From the NCBI GenBank assembly GCA_963708135.1, contig OY970192.1:4128001-4192000 (forward strand): 64,000 bases of DNA. Direction: 5' to 3'. Both the position numbers and the translations under genes were made by a program. This document shows, piece by piece, positions 57,965 to 64,000 of this stretch (position 1 is the first letter of the stretch; the number at the start of each line of letters is the position of its first letter). The DNA is from an uncultured Gemmatimonadales bacterium (GTDB lineage: Bacteria > Gemmatimonadota > Gemmatimonadetes > Longimicrobiales > RSA9). The notes below the pieces were generated by a model. It was not told the origin of the DNA and did not search any database. It worked only from the letters and a program-made list of their open reading frames with translations.

Positions 57965-60280
57965 TCAGTCGGCGACCATGCGCGGGGCCGCGGCGATGTC
58001 AAAGCCGATGCGGTGGCGGCCGCGCGGGTTCTCGCGCTTGAGCTCCTCGGCGAGCGACTGATACTCCCGCTCCATCTCCGGGGTGACGGAAGCGCGGGTC
58101 TCGGCGAGCGCCTTCTCGAAGAAGCGCATGGAGACGCTGCCGGCTTCGAGATCCTCGCGGAGCGCCTGGAGCCCGGCGCGACGGACGAGGTCCTCGAGGT
58201 CGGCGCCGGTGTAGCCGCGGGTCCGCTCGGCGAGGACGTCGAGGTCGACGTCGTCGGCCAGCGGCATCTTGGTGGTGTGGATGCGCAGGATGTGGAGTCG
58301 GCCCTCGCGCTCGGGGATCGAGACGTAGACGAGCTCGTCGAAGCGCCCGGGCCGCATGAGCGCCGGGTCGATCAGGGTCGGCCGGTTGGTGGCGCCGATG
58401 ACGACGGTGCCCTGGAGCTCCTCGAGGCCGTCCAGCTCGGCGAGCATGGTGTTGACCACACGCTCCGTGACGGCCGGCTCGCCCAGGCCACCCCCGCGCT
58501 GGGGCGCGAGCGAGTCGATCTCGTCGATGAAGATGACGGCGGGCGCGACCTGGCGCGCACGCTGGAAGAGGCGCGAGATCTGGCGCTCGGACTCGCCGTA
58601 CCACTTCGAGAGCAGGTCGCTCGACTTGGTGGCGATGAAGTTGGCCTCGGCCTCGCGGGCGACCGCCTTGGCGAGGAGCGTCTTGCCGGAGCCGGGCGGG
58701 CCGAAGAGCAGGAACCCCTTGGCGGGGCGGATGCCGAGGCGGCGGAAGGCGTCGGGGTGCTTCAGCGGCAGCTCGACGCCCTCGCGCAGCGCGCGCTTGG
58801 CGTCCTCGAGGCCGCCGACGTCGTCCCAGCCGACGTCGGGCGCCTGGATCATGATCTCGCGCAGCGCGGAGGGCTGGACGCGCTTGAGGGCGTTCATGAA
58901 GTCGTCCCCGGTGACCTGGAGCTGCTCGAGCACCTCCTGCGGGATGCCGCCGCCGTCGAGGTTGATGCGGGGCAGATTGCGGCGCAGCGTCTCCATGGCG
59001 GCCTCGCGGGCGAGGGCGGAGACGTCGGCGCCGACGAAGCCGTAGGTGACGCGGGCGAGCTCGCCGAGGTCCACGTCGCCGGCGAGCGGCATGCCGCGGG
59101 TGTGGATACCGAGCACTTCGCGGCGGCCCTGGAGATCGGGGACGCCGACGACGATCTCGCGGTCGAAGCGGCCGGGGCGGCGCAGCGCCTCGTCGAGGGC
59201 GTCCACGCGGTTGGTGGCGCCGATGACGACGACGTTCTGGCGCGGCTCGAGCCCGTCCAGCAGCGTGAGCAGCTGGGCGACGACGCGGCGTTCCACCTCG
59301 CCCGTGACCTCCTCGCGCTTGGGCGCGATGGAGTCGATCTCATCGATGAAGATGATCGAGGGCGCCTGCTGCTGCGCCTGCTGGAAGATGTCGCGCAGCC
59401 GCTGCTCCGACTCGCCGTAGAAGCGGCCCATGATCTCGGGGCCGCCGATGTGGAAGAACTTCGCATCCGCCTCGTTGGCGACGGCGCGGGCGAGGAGCGT
59501 CTTGCCGGTACCGGGCGGGCCGTAGAGGAGCACGCCCTTGGGCGGGTCGATGCCGAGGCGCTGGAAGAGCTCAGGGTGCTTGAGGGGGAGCTCGATCATC
59601 TCGCGGACCTGGGCCAGCGTGTCGCCGAGGCCGCCAATGTCGTCGTAGGTGACGTCGGCGGCGCCGGCCTCCTCCGCCTCGACGTACTCGGGGAGCAGCT
59701 CGATCTCCGTCTCCTGCGCCACGCGCACGACGCCGCGCGGCTGGGTGGAGATCACGCGCAGGCGGATCTCCTGAAGGCCGAAGGCGGGCTGCTCGAAGAA
59801 GATGCGGAACAGGTCCTCGGGGAAGGCGCCGCGCTCGGCGGGCGGTTTGCCGCCACTGCCGCGCTGGTAGATCGAGGTCGAGATGACGTCGCCCACGACG
59901 AGGGGGCGCTGGAACAGGGTGCGGCGCAGCATCTCGCCGGAGCCCATGAGGCGCAGGTTCTTCTGGGCGGGAGCGAGCTGGATGCGGCGGGCCGGCTTGA
60001 CGTCGGCGCGGCGGATGTCCACATAATCGCCGATGCTGACGCCGACGTTGGTGCGCTGCAGGCCGTCGAGGCGGATCACGTCCAGCCCCTCGTCCTCGGC
60101 GTACGGCGGCAGCGCGGTGGCGGCGGTGGTCCTCTTGCCGACGATCTCCAGGACATCGCCATCGCGAGCGCCCAGGCCCCGCAACGTGGCGCGGCTGAGG
60201 CGCACCGTGCCCGTCCCCACGTCCTGCGGCTTGGCTCCGGCGACCTGCAGCCGGACGCTCTCCTGCGGTTGTTCGGGCAT
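57965..60280 (-). CDS. CDC48/VCP family double-ring AAA+ ATPase
   Basis: N-domain (IRLDGLQRTN), two Walker A motifs GPPGTGKT and GPPGSGKT, FIDEIDS, RPGRFD x2; GGAGG RBS. Confidence 0.95.
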   Translation of the reverse strand: MPEQPQESVRLQVAGAKPQDVGTGTVRLSRATLRGLGARDGDVLEIVGKRTTAATALPPYAEDEGLDVIRLDGLQRTNVGVSIGDYVDIRRADVKPARRIQLAPAQKNLRLMGSGEMLRRTLFQRPLVVGDVISTSIYQRGSGGKPPAERGAFPEDLFRIFFEQPAFGLQEIRLRVISTQPRGVVRVAQETEIELLPEYVEAEEAGAADVTYDDIGGLGDTLAQVREMIELPLKHPELFQRLGIDPPKGVLLYGPPGTGKTLLARAVANEADAKFFHIGGPEIMGRFYGESEQRLRDIFQQAQQQAPSIIFIDEIDSIAPKREEVTGEVERRVVAQLLTLLDGLEPRQNVVVIGATNRVDALDEALRRPGRFDREIVVGVPDLQGRREVLGIHTRGMPLAGDVDLGELARVTYGFVGADVSALAREAAMETLRRNLPRINLDGGGIPQEVLEQLQVTGDDFMNALKRVQPSALREIMIQAPDVGWDDVGGLEDAKRALREGVELPLKHPDAFRRLGIRPAKGFLLFGPPGSGKTLLAKAVAREAEANFIATKSSDLLSKWYGESERQISRLFQRARQVAPAVIFIDEIDSLAPQRGGGLGEPAVTERVVNTMLAELDGLEELQGTVVIGATNRPTLIDPALMRPGRFDELVYVSIPEREGRLHILRIHTTKMPLADDVDLDVLAERTRGYTGADLEDLVRRAGLQALREDLEAGSVSMRFFEKALAETRASVTPEMEREYQSLAEELKRENPRGRHRIGFDIAAAPRMVAD

Positions 60281-60400
60281 CGCCTCCTCCGGGGGATGGT
60301 TCCGAGGCGAGGGAGGAAGCAAGATGCGTGCGTTGCAGGGGCGGGGGCAGGGGGCTGGGGCAGGGGGCTGGGGCAGAAAGGGAAGGCAGAAGGCAGAAGG

Positions 60401-60512
60401 CAGGGGCAGGTTCAGGGGCAGGTTGAGGGGCAGGTTCAGGGGCAGGTCGAGGTTCAGGTTCAGGGGCAGGTTGAGGGGCAGGTTCAGGGGCAGGTTGAGG
60501 TTCAGGTTCAGG
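60401..60512 (+). repeat. Degenerate hexamer tandem array (AGGGGC/AGGTTC/AGGTTG) with a ~48-bp higher-order duplication
   Basis: Read directly; lies between the divergent CDC48 and PAP2 genes. Confidence 0.85.
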
Positions 60513-60548
60513 GGGATGGGGTAGGGGTCAGCGGACGGGGAGGACGGA

Positions 60549-61379
60549 ATGAGGAACGAGATCGGGCGCGTGCTGCTGGTGGTCGTGGTGCTGCTCGGAG
60601 GCGGGGGGCGGGGGGTGGCGGCGCAGGGGGGAGCGGGGGGAGGGGTGGTGGGGGCGGATTCGGCGCGAGGGTTCTTCCTGGTGCAGGACATTGGGGTGGG
60701 GCTGCGGGGCCTGGGGCACGTGCTGACGCGGCCGGCGCACTGGAGCACCACGCAGTGGGCGGTGGTGCCGGCGGGGGCGCTGGCGCTCGGTGCGCTGTCG
60801 GGGCTCGATGGGCCGGTGCGGGACTGGGCGGACCGGCACCACTCGCGGGCGGCGAACGACGTCGTGGCGCAGGTTGAGCCGTTCGGAGAGCTGCGCTCGC
60901 TCTACGTGGTGGTCGGCGCGTACGCGGGCGGGCTCGCGCTGCACCGGCCGGGGCTACGGCGAACGGCCGTGGAGGCGGCCACGGCGAGCATCGCGGCGGG
61001 CGGGATCGTGACCCCGCTGATCAAGCTCGCGGTGGGGCGGGCGCGGCCGCGGCAGCACGAGGGCGCGTACGCCTTCCACGGCTTCTCGGGCGACGCATCG
61101 TTCCCGTCGGGCCATACGACGCAGGCGTTCGCGGTCGCCTCGGTGCTGGCGGCCGAGGCGCACCCGCTCTGGGCGAAGGTGGCGGCCTACGGGCTGGCGA
61201 CGGGGGTGGCGGGGTCGCGGATCTACCACGACGCCCACTTCGTGACGGACGTGACGGCGGGGGCGCTCATCGGCACGGTGGTGGGGCACAGCGTGGTCGG
61301 CTACGACGACCGGATCCGGCTGAGCGCCGCGCCGGTGGGCGGCGGCGGCGCGGAGCTGGGGCTGGTCTGGCGGTTCTGA
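60549..61379 (+). CDS. PAP2 family phosphatase
   Basis: K.AVGRARP, FPSGH, SRIYHDAHF.TDV. Confidence 0.9.
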   Translation: MRNEIGRVLLVVVVLLGGGGRGVAAQGGAGGGVVGADSARGFFLVQDIGVGLRGLGHVLTRPAHWSTTQWAVVPAGALALGALSGLDGPVRDWADRHHSRAANDVVAQVEPFGELRSLYVVVGAYAGGLALHRPGLRRTAVEAATASIAAGGIVTPLIKLAVGRARPRQHEGAYAFHGFSGDASFPSGHTTQAFAVASVLAAEAHPLWAKVAAYGLATGVAGSRIYHDAHFVTDVTAGALIGTVVGHSVVGYDDRIRLSAAPVGGGGAELGLVWRF

Positions 61380-61461
61380 GTCGCGCCTGGCCGGGGCGGT
61401 CGAACCGCGGCGCTCGGGGCGAGGCGGCGTGGCGCCGGTCGCGCGAGGGCGGCGACGTCGC

Positions 61462-63357
61462 CTAGAGCTTCCTGATGTTGTTGCTTCGCACGACGTCCAC
61501 GATGACGGTGTCGGGGTCGAGCACGACCTCGCTCGGGCGGGTGGGGGTCACGACTTCGACGGTCTGGCTGCGATCGTGGGAGTCGAGGCGCTTGCGCACG
61601 CTGCCGACCTGGAGGGTCACGGGCATCCAGGCCTCGCCCGCGCGCGTGACCTCCACGGTGGTCTTCCAGCTCCCATCGGGCTGCTCGGCGGTCGTCGCCC
61701 CGGCGACGGCGTAGTCCAGCGTATCGGTGGTGTGGAACCACTCGTCGAAGAACCAGTCGAGCTTCTGGCCGCTGGCTTCCTCCATGGCGTGCTGGAAGTC
61801 GGCGAGGGTGACGTGGGTGAGCTCGTTCTCGGCGTAGTAGGCGCGCAGCCCGCGGGCCATGACGTCGTCACCGAGGTAGGCCTGGAGCATCCGGTAGACC
61901 ACCGACGGCTTCGTATAGGTCATGAGGTTGTAGGTGCGGAAGTCCCGGAACTGGGCGGACTCGAGGTCGAGCGGCTGCGAGACGCCGGCGCTGTCGAGGC
62001 TGGCGACACCGGCGAAGGAGCGGTCCCAGATGTCGGGGTTGCCGTGGGTCTGGAAGTACCACGCGGTCTGGAACGATGTGAAGCCCTCGTCCAGGTAGCC
62101 CTCCCGCCACTCGTTGTTGGCCAGGATGCCCATGGTGTAGTTGTGGCCGAGCTCGTGGATGATCAGGCCGAGCCCGGGGCCGCCGAGCATGATGACCATG
62201 GGGAACTCCGTGCCGCCGCCCTCGATGCGGTGGAGGCTCGTGATCTGGGGCCAGGCGAAGGGGCCGTAGATGCGCTCGAGCCAGGCGAGGGCGGTCCTGG
62301 TGTTTTCGAGGGCGGCCTCGTGCCACGCGGTGTCGCCGGGCTCGTAGAGCACGTGGATCGCGACCTTCCCCAGATGACCTCCCTCGTACGTGTAGTCGGG
62401 CGCGGTGCTCCAGGCGAAGTTGTGGACCATCTTCGCGAGCCAGCGGATGCGCCGGCGGCCGGCGGCGGGCGCGCCCTCGATGAGCCCCAGGGCCTCGGCG
62501 GCGGGGGCGGCGCCATAGACGTCGCGGCCGTAGAAGAGGGAGTCGGCGAAGCCGGACGCGGCGACGGCGGCCCAGCCGGGGTCGCCCTCGATGGGGACGC
62601 CGGTGGCGCCCACGACCTGGTCGGCGGCGAGGTCCATGGTGACGTCGTAGGTGCCGAACTCGCCGTAGAACTCGCCCTGCGGCATTAGGGCGTGGGGCTC
62701 CCAGCCGCGCTGGTCGTAGACGGCCACCTTGGGGAACCACTGGGCGAAGTCGTAGTGGCGGCCGCGGCGGCCCTGGCGGCGGGGCAGCGTGGAGGGGCGG
62801 GCGTCCCAGCCCATGTCGAAGGTGACTGTCGCGCCGGGCTGGATGGCGCGCGGCAGCGCGAACCCGACGACGGTGGAGTCCGGGGCGCCCGGATAGAGGG
62901 GTGTGAGCGGCCTGCCCTCGAAGCGCATGAAGTGGAGGTGGTCGAAGGCCTGGTCCTCGGGCGAGAGGTCCTGGAAGCGGCGGATCCCGAACTCGAGCTC
63001 GCGGCGTGCCCACGCGCTGTTGGGGCGGAACGCGTTCAGGTAGAGGTGGAAATAGACGCTGTCGAGCGCGTTGGCGGAGTTGTTGGTGTAGCGCAGCCGG
63101 GCGCGACCGTGGAGCACCTCGGCGCGGTCGTCGAGGACGGCCTCCATCCGATAGGCGATGTGCTGCTGGAAGTAGCCGGGGCGCCAGGGCTTCGCGGGCG
63201 TCGCGGCGGCGCGCGCGGCCGGCCTCCTGGCCGCGGCGGTGTCGGCCCCGGGAGTCGGGGCGGCAGCGGGAGCGGGGCCGTGGGCGCAGGCGCCGGTTGC
63301 GGCGGCGGCGAGCGCGAGCACGAGGGGCTGGATGAGGGATCGGCTGGCTCGGGGCAT
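61462..63357 (-). CDS. M1 family metalloaminopeptidase (lipoprotein-like signal)
   Basis: GGTEFP, HELGH-x18-E (YLDEG), YTK. Confidence 0.9.
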   Translation of the reverse strand: MPRASRSLIQPLVLALAAAATGACAHGPAPAAAPTPGADTAAARRPAARAAATPAKPWRPGYFQQHIAYRMEAVLDDRAEVLHGRARLRYTNNSANALDSVYFHLYLNAFRPNSAWARRELEFGIRRFQDLSPEDQAFDHLHFMRFEGRPLTPLYPGAPDSTVVGFALPRAIQPGATVTFDMGWDARPSTLPRRQGRRGRHYDFAQWFPKVAVYDQRGWEPHALMPQGEFYGEFGTYDVTMDLAADQVVGATGVPIEGDPGWAAVAASGFADSLFYGRDVYGAAPAAEALGLIEGAPAAGRRRIRWLAKMVHNFAWSTAPDYTYEGGHLGKVAIHVLYEPGDTAWHEAALENTRTALAWLERIYGPFAWPQITSLHRIEGGGTEFPMVIMLGGPGLGLIIHELGHNYTMGILANNEWREGYLDEGFTSFQTAWYFQTHGNPDIWDRSFAGVASLDSAGVSQPLDLESAQFRDFRTYNLMTYTKPSVVYRMLQAYLGDDVMARGLRAYYAENELTHVTLADFQHAMEEASGQKLDWFFDEWFHTTDTLDYAVAGATTAEQPDGSWKTTVEVTRAGEAWMPVTLQVGSVRKRLDSHDRSQTVEVVTPTRPSEVVLDPDTVIVDVVRSNNIRKL

Positions 63358-63526
63358 CGTGCTCCGTCGGTCGGGGAGGCGGTCGGGCGCGTGGCGCCGC
63401 GGCGAATCTAGGGCGGTCGGGAGAGGGCGGCCACCCTTGGTGCGATGTAAACGCAAGCCGGCCTCGTCGCGTCCCATGGGCGTGGGGGGAGCGAACGCCG
63501 GAGGTGGCTTGGCTTCGGAAACGGGC

Positions 63527-64000
63527 ATGGACGAGGCGGCGCTCCTTGCGCTGGTCGAGCGCGCGCGTGGCGGCGACGCCGGGGCGGGGCAAGCGCTCGC
63601 CGCTCGCGCACGGCCGCTGCTCGCGCGCTGGGCCCTGGCCCGGACCGGCGACGCGGCGGCGGCGGAGGACGTGGCGCAGTCGGTCCTGCTCCGGCTGGAC
63701 GGCGCGCTGGCCCGCTTCGATGGCCGCTCGCGCTTCACCACGTGGCTGTTCCGCGTGTGCGCCAACGCCGCCACGGCGTGGCAGCGGCGCGAGGCCGCGG
63801 AGGCGGCGCGGCGGGAGCGGCTCGGCGCGGTGCCGCGGGATCCGCCCGCCGGCGGGGGGGCGGCCGCGGCCGCGGCCGACCGGGTGAGCGACGCGCGCGC
63901 CGCGGCCCTGGTCCGCCACTTCTTCACGATGCTGCCGGCGGGGCAGCGCCAGGTGTTCGACCTGGTGGACCTGCAGGGCTACACCCCGACGGAGGCGGCC
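63527..64000 (+). CDS. ECF RNA polymerase sigma factor; 3' end outside window (alternative in-frame ATG at 63476)
   Basis: AEDVAQ, RFDGRSRFTTWLFRV..N, region 4 LPAGQRQVF.L..L.GY. Confidence 0.88.
   Translation, partial: MDEAALLALVERARGGDAGAGQALAARARPLLARWALARTGDAAAAEDVAQSVLLRLDGALARFDGRSRFTTWLFRVCANAATAWQRREAAEAARRERLGAVPRDPPAGGGAAAAAADRVSDARAAALVRHFFTMLPAGQRQVFDLVDLQGYTPTEAA

Noticed and set aside
60281..60751. LNLPLN-repeat N-terminal extension of CDC48
   Set aside because: Arises from the intergenic hexamer repeat and overlaps PAP2; GGAGG RBS supports ATG 60280

Overview
High-GC bacterial chromosomal window containing the replication origin. Gene content and protein style suggest Gemmatimonadota (inference). 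The origin region runs dnaN-oriC-dnaA / rpmH-rnpA-yidD-yidC, then two parS sites and parA-parB-bactofilin. The rest is mostly housekeeping: lipA-pdhABC-lpdA, pyrE, a selenocysteine-containing selD with a SECIS hairpin, a DEAD-box helicase, peptidases, ABC and Nramp transporters, rmuC, a CDC48-type AAA ATPase and a partial ECF sigma factor. I found no mobile element, CRISPR array, tRNA or rRNA. The most notable signals are: (1) a candidate ~290-nt structured ncRNA with its own sigma70 promoter on the minus strand between pdhC and lpdA, next to a remote DnaA-box cluster; (2) a second remote DnaA-box cluster with IHF-like cores; (3) a clear DnaA-trio unwinding element at oriC; (4) a TonB-receptor-like protein with tandem Spy/CpxP-like C-terminal domains; (5) recurrent leaderless promoters. 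Three single-base frameshifts (parA, selD, flavin reductase) probably reflect sequencing errors. All calls are by eye; no database searches were run.
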